Source: Yuukianura sp. NJ FZ-2021
Taxonomy: Eukaryota
Assembly (NCBI GenBank): GCA_046563655.1
Contig: CM102285.1
Location: 2,542,001 to 2,606,000 of the forward strand
Reading direction: 5' to 3'
DNA: 64,000 bases
In this document: piece after piece, positions 35,455-49,681 of the stretch
How the letters are laid out: each line of letters starts with the position of its first letter
Position numbering within the stretch: position 1 is the first letter of the stretch
Translations under genes and position numbers: made by a program
Notes under the pieces: generated by a model
What the model saw: the letters and a program-made list of their open reading frames with translations, nothing else
What the model was told of the DNA's origin: nothing
Database searches by the model: none

Positions 35455-38400
35455 ATGTGCCTTCAGACTTTGAGATTTGGTGCTCTGTTACTCATTTTCA
35501 TCGCCCAATTCCTAACCGTTGCCACAAAACGATTCATCCCACCAGCGGATCCAAAAACACCATTCAAGTTCCAATCGAGTCCAGTGAAGTCACTACATGG
35601 AGATTTCATTAGAAAAGCGATGGACTTAATTCTAGAAAAAGGACTCTATCAGAACAAGTCATTGGAAAAACTTGTATTTTTAGAACCAGATGAAATTGTG
35701 AAACAATTCGATTTTTCCCTCGGAGAAGAAGGCGTTAGTCAAGAAGAACTGCTCAAAATAATTGAAAAACTGTTTGAAATTAGTCCCAAGCCGGGGCACA
35801 GGTTTAGATTGAGCAAGCGCGTGGCTGGATTGGATCCGTTAGCAGTCGCTGGTGATTGGATGGCAACTACCATGAGCAACAACTTGCTTGTCTATCTATG
35901 GGGACCCATTTTTTCGTTAATGGAAATCAAAATGACGGAATACTTATCAAGACAAATTGGTTGGGATAATACTGGAGACGGAGTGTCAACTAGTGGCGCA
36001 GGCGTAGCCAATTCCATGGCACTAGCAGTTGCAATGTATCATGTTGATCCGAAAACGAGAGACATTGGTTTATTTCATTACAAACAAAAGCAATTGGTTT
36101 TCTATGTTTCTGAACATGCTTCCATTTCATGGAAAACGGCAGCAATTTACAACGGATTTGGACTTAATGCTATTCACGAAATTGCAGTTGACGGATGGGG
36201 CCGAATGGATCCGATTGAGCTAAATAGACAAATTACACAAGACAAGCTGATTGGGCGTTCACCGGTAATGGTAGTTGCAACTGCTGGAACTCCAGTTCTC
36301 GGAGTCATCGATCCCATTGATCAAATTGCTGCAATTTGTAAGACGCATAGAATTTGGCTCCACGTTGACGCAGAGCTCGCAGGCGGATATTTATTCACAC
36401 CCAATTCACACAATAATTTCAGAGCCAATAAGCTATCTGGCATCCGCTGGTGAGTAAACTTTGGTTTAAATTTTCATGATTTTTTTTTAATTTGAAGACA
36501 GAAAAACTTGCAGTGTAACATTTGAACAAAAACATTAACTGACCAGTGTAAAGATTAATTTGATTTTTTTTTTAAAGCGCGGACTCTATTTCCATTTCGA
36601 TGTGGCTCTTCTCCGCTCCATATCCAAATTCAATGTTGCTCACTCAAAATCCAGATGCACTACATAAGACATTCGGGCTGCGCTCAACCTACGTATTTAC
36701 TGGACTAGAATTATACAACTCTACTTATGACGTAGGTGACCACACGATTCAAACGAGTCGTAGACCAGAGATAGCAAAAATTTGGTTTGCAGCAGCCCGC
36801 GTAAGTCACCGAAAGTTACAAATGTACTCTCAGTCCGTCTAGATTCAGCAGCGCGAGTAAATCGATTTGACTAGACTCATGACGCTCAATTGAAATAGAA
36901 GGTAGTCTGTTAAAGGTTTCAAAATAGGTAAATGAAGTAAACTATTTTTAATTTTTAGGGCGAGCTAAACAATGATGAGTTGTTTAAAGCACAGGATGAT
37001 ATCAAACGCAAGTTTCTCCTTTTATTGGGCAGTGCTCCAGGATTTGTTCGAGTAAAAGCGGCGTTTGACGCCATCCGTTTTCAAGTTCCTCTAGTGTCGT
37101 TTTACTACATTCCGAAGGAAGTCCGAGAAAAAACAATTGACACCGAATTCACTAAAACTGTTTCAGAAAGAATGCATGCAGTAAAGTATCAACTGCAGCG
37201 GCGTGGGTTAGCAGACGTTTCAATTTCTCAAGTTCCAAACACTCCAGACTGCTTGACAATTGCATTCAAAAATTCAAGACTCAGTTCAGCAGAACTAAAT
37301 TGGTTGGTGACAACTATCGGTTCACTGGGTGAAAACCCTTCTGCGGAGGTCGTTCCTTACAATCAAAGCTCAGCAGACGCAAATACCGAAAAGGTTCCAA
37401 CCTTTCCATCGCAGCAAATTTATTCCAACCTGTTGAAGGCGATGCTGAATATTGCTTACGACGAAGGAATATTTTTCAGCCGAAAACAAAAGGTTTTTGA
37501 TTTCAAACAACCAGAAACTTTGATTAATGGTGAACATTCCCATTTCTTCGATTTACCTCATAATGGAACTAATGTGCACAAGAAGTTTGAGGAATCGTTC
37601 AAATATATTATTAAGTACACGACGCATTTGGGTCACCCATACTTCATTTACCAGCTGGGTTCAGGGTAACGGCGGACTTTATTTTGCAAGAGTCAAATAT
37701 TTGGAGCGAAACGAGCGAAAATATACACACACTAATGTACTTTTTTTTTGTTTATTTTGGCAACTTATCAAAGAAAAAATTTCACTCAATGCCCAAAATT
37801 GTAACTTTCTCAAGTTTTCTCTTGATAAAGTTGTGTTGTTGCCGCTGTAGTTTAAATGGTAAACGTGGAAAGAGGGAGATGTGTAGTTTTCGTGCACCTC
37901 GCTGTATGCCAAACCAATATGAATACCTATTCTTTTGTAATTCTATACTTTAAAAGCTGAAGAATTCTTTGTTTTAGACTGGATCCTTATACGCTTGTTG
38001 CTGACTACATTGTACCAGTTTTGAACACTCCGATGATATCGTATTATGATGGATCAGCTCCATTTGTGTTCATGGAAAAAGAACTTGTAAAACAAATGTT
38101 AAAACGCATATACAACACAGAAGAGGGAGACGGAACTATTGTAGATGGAGGTTCAATGGGAAACCAAATACCGATTGCAATGGCGAAGTATTACGTGCAC
38201 AACGAGAATTTTAAAAACGAAGGTTCAAGTGAAAATGGAGGCAAAAAGTACATTGTTTACATGTCTGGAGACGCTCACTATTCCAGCATAAAAGGAGCAA
38301 TGCTACAAGGTTATAACTATAAATTTCCATGTTTAAAATTTATTGAAGAATGGAGTCTCTTTAGGAATTGGTAAAATGCATGCAGTTCAAGTAGAGTCAA

Positions 38401-39835
38401 ACAATATTGGTCAAATGAGGGTTGGTAAACTAGAAGAAGCTATTCAAAAGACGATAAGAGACGGAAACATTCCACTGATGATTGTAGTAACGACTGGTAA
38501 TTTTGATTTAGTATTTTATCTTCATGAGCACATACATCCTAAACAGTTTTGCTGCAGGAACAACAGTTTATGGTGCCATTGATCCGGTTCAGGAAATCAT
38601 CACAGTCGCCAAGCAATACAAAATTTGGGTTCATGTTGATGGGATGTTTGGAGGACTAGCAGCAATGTCAAACACTCATTTCAAAAAATTCAAAGGAATT
38701 GAGCTGTAGGTTTTATGTACTATTATATTATATAATAACAATTATTACACCATTTGTTTTTAGAAATTCAGAAATTTAGAAACCTATTTAATACGCATAG
38801 TACACTACGTTAAAGCTCTGCGAAACATACAACACATTATAACTAGCGGTAAAACTGCTCTTTTAGGTCAGACTCTTGGGGAGCTGATGTGCACAAACTG
38901 ATGGGATCTACTATGGTTTCTACTATACTGATAACCAGACACAAAAACATGCTGAGGCATACTTTCCAGCTTCCTGATGAAAGTCAGGAAATTGACTGGA
39001 CAGCCCAAAGAGCTGGTACTCCAGAAGACATGAATTTAGTTGGTAGGCATGCGCAGTTGGACAAAAGAAACAATGTATTCAAATTTTGGTTACTCTGGAA
39101 GGCAAAGGTTATGCAAATTTCAGAAATTTCAGATGATGCATACTATACTTTTTAACAAATGAAATTTTTTGAAAAACAGGGTCGCAAAGGTCTGGAAGCA
39201 CACGTAGACAAAATCATGAGCAACAAAGATTTCCTAATTGCCGAACTTCGGAAACGAAAACGCCGAGGTTTCGAACTTGTCCTGGATGATTTCGAATTGA
39301 CCAACGTTTGTTTCCGTTACATTCCGCCATACTTGAATCCATATAGCAACGATAAATTGAACCGATCTTCCGAAGATTGGGTCAAGGAAATGGACATCGT
39401 AAGAATAAGAAAACAGTATTAACAGTCAATTTCTTTGAAAATTGTCAGTTTCAAAGAACAAATTCTAATCTCATTCCACTTTTTCAATAGTTCACGTTCT
39501 CTATCCAGGAAGAATTTGTGAAGAACGGCATTATTTCATTTGTGACCCAAAGGCGATATGCAGCTTCTGGTGACAGTTTTCTGTTTATCAAATTTGCAAT
39601 GATGGGATCTTCTTTGACGCACGACGACATTCGATATCTGCTGGATTCAATTGAATTCTATGGAAAGCAAATCCGAGTTACTAAGCAAAATGGAGTTGTA
39701 GCAGCGGATGTCAACAAATGCGAAAAAGAAGATGATCCATTTGGAAATATTCTCAAATTCTATTCCGTTCACCAAGTCTGTAGAAATAATTCTTGCATGG
39801 TGTCTAACCTCTCGTGGAAAAATGGCTATGAATAA
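35455..39835 (+). CDS. Double-domain secreted-type PLP decarboxylase, copy 3 (9 exons)
   Basis: ORF pieces 35407-39835 are colinear with copy 1; DSWGADVHKLMG. Confidence 0.87.
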
Positions 39836-40310
39836 GAAATGCAATAGGTCACACTCAACTTCATGCTTTCATGTTACCTTTGTCGTCATTTCGCTGTCAA
39901 ATTCAAAAAGAACTCACATGTAATTTATATTATTATAAAAGTTTTAGTTATGAAACTAATTCATATTCATCCAATTGTGGGCTTCGGGGGCTGTCAAAAC
40001 TTCTGCTTTTCTAATGTCACTTTACAGTGACATGCTATAAATCAAGCTACTCTATGACCAGAAATAACAAAGCTACCTTCCACAACGACTACTACTATAT
40101 TTTCCATATTTTATTTGAAAAAAAAAACTTGCTAATCCAACATATTGAAAGCCAGAGTGTCTGTCGCATACAGGTCGTGCCTTTGACAAAAATAATACTT
40201 TTTCTATCAAGGTAAAAATAAATTGTAAAAACAGAGCAATTGTTCAATCGAGATTTTCAATTAGTAGTAACATACTAAACATTTCTGCCTACGTTTGTGT
40301 TAAACTGAAG

Positions 40311-43300
40311 ATGCGCAAGCATATTGGTTTGAGATTTGGCGCTCTGTTGCTAATTCTTATCTCGCAAGGTCAAATTGCGGTTTTGGAGGACACAGAACCC
40401 ATTCCGCCAGAAGAACCACAAAAACCGTTCAAGTTCATGTCGGGTACGGCCAAGCAACTACATGCAGATTTCATTAGAAAGGCTTTAGACATAATTCTGG
40501 AAAAAGGACTATTTCAGAGCAAGCCATTGGACAAACTTATATTTTTCGAACCAGATGAAATTATAAGAAAATTTGATTTTTCCCTCGGAGAAGAAGGCGT
40601 TAGTCAAGAAGAACTGCTCAAAATAATTGAAAAACTGTTTGAAATTAGTCCCAAGCCGGGGCACAGGTTTAGATTGAGTAAACGCGTGGCTGGATTGGAT
40701 CCATTAGCAGTTGCTGGTGATTGGATGGCAACTACCATGAGTAACAACGTCGTCAGCTACTTGGTTTCACCTATCTGGACCCTCATGGAGATCAAAATGA
40801 CGGAGTACTTGTGCAAACAAATTGGATGGAAAAAGACTGGAGATGGAGTATCAACTAGTGGCGCAGGCGTAGCCAATTCCATGGCTTTGGCAACTGCTAT
40901 GCATCATGTCGATCCTAAAACAAGAGACATTGGCTTATTTCATTATAAACAAGACCAATTAGTGTTTTATGTTTCAAAGCATGCTTCTCTCTCATGGAAA
41001 ACAGCAGCAATTTATGACGGATTTGGACTTGGGGCTATTCATGAAATTGCAGTTGACGAATGGGGCCGAATGGATTCGATTGACTTGGGGAAGAAAATTG
41101 TACTTGACAAAAAGTTCGGGCGAATACCAGTTATGGTAGTGGCAACAGCGGGAACTCCGATTTTGGGAGTCATTGACCCCATCGATAGAATTGCATCAGT
41201 TTGCCGCAAATATAAAATTTGGCTTCACGTCGACGCAGAACTGGCGGGCGGATATTTATTTACCTCAGACACAAATGATGATTTTCGGTTCAAGTTAAAC
41301 GGCATCCGAAGGTAAACGGCAAACACTGCGTACACAGCTTTGGAGCAAAATTTTTGATGTTGTTCAGAACCAGGTTTAAGGCTATTGTGGTCACCATTTT
41401 TGTTTTATTTAAAAAGAGCGGACTCGGTTACAGTTTCTATGTGGCTCTTCTCAGCGCCATACACAAACTCAATGTTGCTAACTCGGAACCGTGATGCACT
41501 TCAAAATACGTTTGGACTACACCCCACATACGTTTATACGGGAGTCGACACATACAACATGTCATATGACAGAGGCGACCATACTATTCAGACGAGTCGC
41601 AGACCAGAAATTGCGAAAATTTGGTTTTCAGCTTCACGGGTAAGCAGAGGCTCCATTTACTTTTTATATACCATGCAAACGTATCTGTACAGTTACAGCT
41701 TACATACTTTTGGCGGCAATTACGGTTTGGTTTGATTACTCAACTTATGCAAACGTTTTTTTTTTAATTCCTAGGGAGAGCAGAACAGCCATGCATTGTT
41801 TAAAGCACAGGACGAAATGAAGCGCGAGTTTATAAATATATTGGAAACTACACCAGGATTTGTGCTGGTCAAAACGTCGACGGCGCCAATCGCTCACCAG
41901 ATTCCACTAGTATCATTCTACTACGTTCCAAGAGACTTCACCGACCGAGGAAAGTGTATCGGACACTTCAAACGATTAGTTGGCAAAAGGATGCGCGAGG
42001 TGAAGTACCAACTTCAACGACGTGGATTAGCTGATGTTTCAATTTCCAAAATTAAGCATACTCCAGACTGCTTGACAATTGTGTTCAAAAATGGAAGGCT
42101 TACCTCGGCAGAACTGAATTGGCTAGTTAGAACTATTCGGACACTGGGAGAGAATCCATTTGCGGAAGGAGTTACATACGATCAAAATCCAGTAGACGCA
42201 AATACAGGAAATTATCCAACATTTCCATCGCAACAAATCTACGCCGACTTGATGAAATCCATGCTAAACATTGCTTTTGACGAGGGAATTTTCTTTAGCC
42301 GCAAGGAAAAAGTTTTTGATTTCAGAAAACCAGAGCTTTTGAGTAACCGTGAAAATTTTGATTTCAATTTGCCGTATAATGGGACAGACTTGGACAGAAA
42401 GTTAAAGGAGTCATTCCGATCTATTATATATTATTCGCCTCATTGGGCTCATCCGTACTTCATTTACCAATTGGGAGCAGGGTAACAAAGTCATATTTTA
42501 CCACTAACACGGGACAAATTATGCTAAACAAAGAAGCTTGGAAATTTTTTGATTTTATTTGATTTTACATATTTCCTTTTCAAAATTAATCTCTTGTCGA
42601 AAATGTTTAGTTTGGATCCGTATACGACCGTTGCCGACTACGTTGTACCAGTTTTGAACACTCCGATGATATCGTATTACGATGGATCAGCTCCATTTGT
42701 GTTCATGGAGAAAGAACTTGTCAAACAAATGTTAAAACGAGTGTACAATTCAGAAGAAGGAGATGGAACTATTACAGATGGGGGTTCTATGGCAAATCAA
42801 ATGCCAATTGCAATGGCCAAGTACAACCTTGACAAAGAAAACTTTAAAAATCACGGAACTAGTGTAACTAGAGGCAAGAAGTATATTGTGTACTTGTCGG
42901 CCGACGGCCACTACTCTACAAAAAAGGGAGCCATATTGCAAGGTTAAAAAAAGAAATTTGAGTGGTTCAGTTTCCAAAATATATTGAAATATTTAACATC
43001 CTTTAGGAATTGGTCAAAACCATACCATTGAAATAGAGTCAAACAATATTGGTAAAATGAAAGCTCATAAGCTAAAGAACGCTATTGAAAAAACAATAGC
43101 AGATGGAAACATTCCACTTATGGTGGTCGTAACTACTGGTAATTGTATTGTTAATTTACCAATTTGACTAATTTACATTATCTAACAATGTCGTATGATA
43201 TTTATGGCAATGTTTGTTAATTTCTTACTAGTTTATTTTAGGAACGACAATATATGGTGCAATTGATCCTGTACATGAAATAGCCAAAGTTACGAGGCAT

Positions 43301-44644
43301 TACAAAGTTTGGCTTCATGTTGATGGAATGTTTGGAGGACTTATCGTTTTGTCAGATACGCATGCCAAAATTTTCCGCGGAATTGAGCTGTAAACTATAA
43401 CTTATTTGTTCTAGTACATAACTTAATTTGAGTTAGAATTTATTAGATGAGTACTGTAATTTACAGAACGGATTCCTGGGGAGCAGACTTGCATAAATTA
43501 ATGGGATCGAATTTCGTATGCACAATTTTAGTGAGCAAACACAAGGACATCCTGAGGCATACGTTCAAGCTTTCTGACGAAAGTCAGGAAGATGATTGGA
43601 GAGACCGAAAGAATGGCATAACGGACGACTTGAATTTGGTTGGTAGACATACGCAGTTGGACAAAAGAAACAATGTGCTTAAATTTTGGTTACTCTGGAA
43701 AGCAAAGGTTAGTTAAAACCAAGGTTCGTAAACAAAAAAATGTTTTTCTACAACAGGTTGCCCAAAAAACGTGGGTTTTCAATTTTATGCAAAAATGTTC
43801 AAAAATGAAACCGGTTGACCTCCGTTTCTATGAAAATTTTTTTTCACTGTAGTCGTAGCCCACCAGTTGGGGAAAAAGTTATACAGAAAAAATTTAAACA
43901 AAAGACAACAACATTTTTCGAAACCCTGGGTTATTGGACCACCTGTTGTAGGAAATACAACTCGGTTGTCAAGGAACCTTGGCTTACGTTGAAATTTCGA
44001 TTATACGAAATGAATTTTTTGAAAACGCAATGAATTTTTTTAAATATAGGGCCGGAAAGGCTTGGAGGCACATGTAGACAAAATCATGAGCAACAAAGAT
44101 TTCCTAATTACCGAACTTCGAAAACGGAAAAACGAAGGTTTTGAGCTCGTCCTGAATGATTTTGAATTGACAAACGTCTGTTTCCACTACATTCCGCCAT
44201 ATTTGAATCCAGATTTCAATGACAACGTGAATCGATCTTCCAAACAATTGGGTTTGGAAATGGACAAGGTAAAGTGACGTGAAACTGGCACAAGCGGGTG
44301 GATTTAAAAAAAAACAATCCATTACATATAATTTTTGTACTTCTCAACAGTTTACGTTCTCCCTTGAAAAAGAATTTACGAGGAACGGTATAATTTTATT
44401 CGTTACACAAAGGCGAAATTCCGCTGCTGGAAACAGTTTGTTGTTCATCAAATTTGTTATGATGGGATCTGCTCTGACTCACAACGACATTCGATTTATG
44501 CTGGATGCCGTTGCATACTACGGAAGTAAAATCATAGTTGGTCGAAGCATCATGAGATCGGAGGTTAGTGACAAATGTAGCATAGAAAAATTCGATCCAT
44601 TCGGAAACCTGCCCAAATATTTTCCTGTCGGTCAAGATTTATAA
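40311..44644 (+). CDS. Double-domain secreted-type PLP decarboxylase, copy 4 (9 exons)
   Basis: Colinear with copy 1; DSWGADLHKLMG. Confidence 0.87.
43742..43958. mobile_element. Small MITE-like element in intron 7 of decarboxylase copy 4
   Basis: Imperfect TIR ctacaacaggttgcccaa...ttggaccacctgttgtag; related termini at 56561-56762; this intron is longer than in the paralogues. Confidence 0.65.
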
Positions 44645-45133
44645 AATACCTCGGATTGCAAATAAAACCAATTTTGTAACACTTTAGCAAGTGAAACATA
44701 AAATTGCACTTTTTTCGCGTAAAAGGACAATATGATTTTCGTTGGAGAAGCTTCAAGTGCATAATTTACAATTACAAAGGCGATCATAATTGAATGACGT
44801 GGGTGAATAAAAAAGTTCAAGGAGAATGAGTTAAACTACCAGTTTAATGTGCTTGTTAAAGTTGCGCGCTTGTATACGAGTGTCTCCTGGCTGTAACTGA
44901 ATGACGCATCAGGAGGACAAACAAAATAGATATTTATCAAATTGCTTTGAACACAAAAAACCAACAACAAATATTTTTTACACTTTTGAAGTTCATTTGA
45001 CAAGAATTCGGTGTTTTTATGTTGAGTTGTGCTTTGAAAACAGGCTTTTGGATAACATAAGATTTTTGTAACGTCGACTACTAAAAAGGCATCCTTGACG
45101 GAGTTCTGTGAAACTTTCATGTTTAGAGTGAAG

Positions 45134-48100
45134 ATGCACAATCGGAGTTTGAGATTGGGCGTCGTTGTGCTAGCATTCATCGCGCAAGTCAGATTCGTTG
45201 TCTCGCAAGACGCAAAACCCCCAGTTCCACCAGTGGATCCAAAAACACCATTTAAGTACCAATCGATTCCATCAAAGACACTTCATGGAGACTTTATTAG
45301 AAAAGCGATGGACTTAATTCTGGAAAAAGGACTCTATCAGAACAAGTCATTGGAAAAACTCGTATTTTTAGAACCAGATGAAATTGTGAAACAATTTGAC
45401 TTTTCCCTCGGAGAAGAAGGCGTTAGTCAAGAAGAACTGCTCAAAACAATTGAACAACTGTTTGAAATTAGTCCCAAGCCGGGGCACAGGTTTAGATTGA
45501 GCAAGCGTGTGGCTGGATTGGATCCGTTAGCAGTCGCTGGTGATTGGATGGCGACTACAATGAGTAACCTCCCGCTTGTCTATTTATTTGGGCCAGTTTT
45601 TTCATTAATGGAAATCAAAATGACGGAATATTTATCAAGACAAATTGGTTGGGATAAAACTGGAGATGGAGTGTCAACCAGTGGCGCAGGCGTAACCAAT
45701 TCCATGGCACTAGCAGTTGCCATGTACCATGTTGATCCGAAGACGAAAGACATTGGTTTATTTCATTACAAACAAAAGCAATTGGTTTTCTATGTTTCTG
45801 AACATGCTTCCATTTCATGGAAAACGGCAGCAATTTATGATGGATTTGGCCTTGAGGCTATTCACGAAATTGCAGTTGACAAATGGGGCCGAATGGATCC
45901 GATTGAGCTAAATAGACAAATTACACAAGACAAGCTAATTGGGCGTACACCGGTAATGGTAGTTGCAACAGCTGGAACTCCAGTTTTAGGGGTCATCGAT
46001 CCCATTGCCCAAATTGCAGTTATTTGCAAGATTCATAACATTTGGCTTCACGTTGACGCAGAACTCGCAGGCGGATATTTATTCACACCCAATTCACACA
46101 ATAATTTTATAGCTAATAAGCTTCCTGGCATCCGTTGGTGAGCGAGCGTTGGTTACATTTTCATGAACTTTTTTTTAGTTTGAAAATTCAAATTTCAAAT
46201 TCAAGAAAACACTTTTAACATTCAAAAAAACGCAAACTTGGAACAAACATTAGTTTAATTATTTCTTTTTCAAAAAGGGCGGACTCCATTTCCATTTCGA
46301 TGTGGCTGTTCTCAGCTCCATATCCAAATTCAATGCTGCTCACTCAAAATCCAGACGCACTACATAAGACATTTGGGCTGCGCTCAACCTACGTATTTAC
46401 AGGACTAGAATTATACAACTCGACTTATGACGTAGGAGATCACACTATTCAAACGAGCCGTAGACCAGAGATAGCCCAAATTTGGTTTGCAGCAGCCCGC
46501 GTAAGTCCGTGAAAGTTACAAATTTACTCGTGACATTCAATTGGCAAAAGAAAGTAGTGTCTTAAAGTTTTGTCAAAATATGTAAATGAAGTGGATATTT
46601 TTAGGGCGAGATAAACAGTGATGAGTTGTTTAAAGCGCAGGACGATATCAAACGCAAGTTTCTCGTTTTATTGGGCAGTGCTCCAGGATTTGTTCGAGTA
46701 AAAGCGGCGTTTGACGCCATCCGTTTTCAAGTTCCTCTAGTGTCATTCTACTACATTCCGAAGGAAGTCCGAGAAAAAACAATCGACACCGAATTCACGA
46801 AAACTGTTTCAGAAAGAATGCATGCAGTAAAGTACCAACTGCAGCGACGTGGGTTAGCAGACGTTTCAATTTCCAAAATTCCACACACTCCAGACTGCTT
46901 GACAATTGCATTCAAAAATTCAAGACTCAGTTCAGCAGAACTAAATTGGTTGGTGACAACTATAAGAACACTGGGTGAAAACCCATCTGCTGATGGTGTT
47001 ACTTGCAATCAAAACCCAGCAGACGAAAATACCGAAAAGTTTCCAACGTTTCCATCCCAGCAAATTTATTCCAACCTGTTGAAGACGATGCTCAATGTTG
47101 CTTACGACAGAGGAATATTTTTCAGCCGAAAACAAAAGGTTTTTGATTTCAAACAACCAGAAACGTTGCTTAATGGTGAAGATTCCCATTTCTTCGCATT
47201 GCCTCATAATGGAACTAATCTGCACAACAAGTTTGAGGAATCGTTCAAATCTATTATTAAGTACTCGCCTCATTTGGGTCATCCCTACTTCGTCTACCAG
47301 CTTGCTTCCGGGTAACGGCTAACTTTATTTCGCCACCGTCAGTAATATTTAGAGCAAAAAAACGACTTACATAGTTTTCGTGCAACTCACTGTGTGCCAA
47401 TAAATAAGTTTAAAAACCTATTGATTTGTAATGCTATTTTTTAAACGCCCAGAAATTTTTGTTCCAGACTGGATCCTTATACGCTTGTTGCTGACTACAT
47501 TGTACCAGTTTTGAACACTCCGATGATATCGTATTATGATGGATCAGCTCCATTTGTGTTAATGGAGAAAGAACTTGTAAAACAAATGTTAAAACGCATT
47601 TACAATACGGATGAGGGAGACGGAACTGTCTTGGATGGAGGTTCAATGGCAAACCAAATGTCGATTGCAATGGCGAAGTACTACGTCGATAAAGAGAATT
47701 TTAGAAACAAAGGCGTTAGTGCAAAAGAAGGCAAGAAGTACATTGTTTACTTCTCTGCAGATGCCCACTACTCTACAAAAAAAGGAGCCATGTTTCAAGG
47801 TTATAACTCAAAATGCTCATGTTTAATATTTATTGAAAAATAGCGTTTCTTTAGGACTTGGACAAAGCCATGCAGTTGAAGTAGAGTCAAACGATATTGG
47901 TCAAATGCGTGTTGATAAGCTGAAAGAAGCTATTCAGAAGACGTTAACGGACGGAAACATTCCACTAATGATTGTAGTAACGACTGGTAATAAAATATTC
48001 TAGCTTCATGAGCACGTGCATACAAAACAACTTTATGGTTGCTTGCTACTTTGTTGCAGGAACAACAGTTTATGGTGCCATTGATCCGGTTCAGGAAATT

Positions 48101-49160
48101 GTCACAGTCGCCAGACAATACAACATTTGGGTTCATGTTGATGGGATCTTAGGAGGACTAGCCGCAATGTCAAACACTCATATAAAAAAACACAAAGGAA
48201 TTGAGCTGTAGGTTCTCCAAATTATTTATTAGACATTTTTTGCCAAGTTTGTGTTATATGCTTATACAGTATACGATACATAATTAACTCAGCGCAACAT
48301 AGAGCACACTACAACTCACGGATAACCTAATGTTATAGATCGGACTCTTGGGCAACTAATACACACAAGCTAATGGGATCTACGATGGTTTGTACCTTAT
48401 TGATAACTAGACACAAAAACATCCTGAGGCATACTTTCAAGCTTCCCGATGAAAGTCAGGAAATTTACTTGACAGCACAACACGATGGTATTCCAGACGA
48501 CATGAATTTGGTCGGAAGACAAGTGCAATTGGACAAAAGAAACACCGTTTTTAAATTTTGGTTGCTTTGGAAAGCAAAGGTTACTTAAAACAAAGACATT
48601 TAGAATATGCGGGATGAATTCTTTTATAACCAGAATTTTTTTAAAATTTAGGGTCGCGAAGGTTTGGAAGCACATGTAGACAAAATCATGAGCAACAAAA
48701 ATTTTCTAATTGCCGAACTTCGGAAACGGAAACGCCAAGGTTTCGAGCTTGTCTTGGACGATTTCGAATTGACAAACGTCTGTTTCCGGTACATTCCGCC
48801 GTACTTGAATCCATATATGAACGATAAAGTGAACCGATCAACTGAACATTGGATTAAGGAAATGGACATTGTAAGATTAAAGAAAAGTTTAACTTTTTTG
48901 AGGAGGGTCTTTTTTATAGAGCAAATTTTAATTTCCGTATACTTTTTCAACAGTTTACATTTTCGCTTCAGAAAGAATTTGTGAAAAACGGCGTGATTTC
49001 ATTCATAACCCAACGGCGACATTCGGCTTTAGGTGACAGTTTTCTGTTTATCAAATTTCCAATGCATGGATCAGCTTTGACACACGACGACATTCGATAT
49101 CTGCTGAATGTAATCGAGTTCTACGGAAGTCAAATTAAAGTTAATCGTGGGGGACTGTAG
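45134..49160 (+). CDS. Double-domain secreted-type PLP decarboxylase, copy 5 (9 exons, early TAG in tail)
   Basis: Colinear with the other copies; DSWATNTHKLMG; HVDGILGG; stop TAG at 49158-49160. Confidence 0.85.
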
Positions 49161-49681
49161 TTAGGTCCTGATGTTGTCGACCAATGTGGAAAAGAAGATA
49201 TACTTGAAAACTTACCCAAATAATATTCTGTTCAGCACGTCTCGCAAAATTCTTGTTTGTTGTTTATTGTTTTGCACTCCTTTTATCAATCAAATCTCCT
49301 TCGTCAATAAGAAATGTAACCTCTCAGCAAAGTTTAGTTTTTATAGTTAGTCTACTAACTTTAATTGTACTTTGATTATGTAGAAAATGAACGCTTACTT
49401 CTATTGGCAGAATACTTATTTTGAATTCACTTTATCATCATAGAAAGTTAGTTTCGGTGCACAATTTATTTTAATACTTTTAACCTTTAATAACCTTTAA
49501 CAGGAGCTCTAATAACAATGGAAGATTTTGAAAATCCGTTTCTAATTTCTACGTTGTACTCTAAAGAATATGCTGGTGAATCCAACATTAAAATATAAAT
49601 TTCACACATCAATGAAACTCAATAAGCAATCCTTCTTTTTTTTTGTTTTTTCTTCGTTCTTATTCTTCGTTTTTTTTCAAT

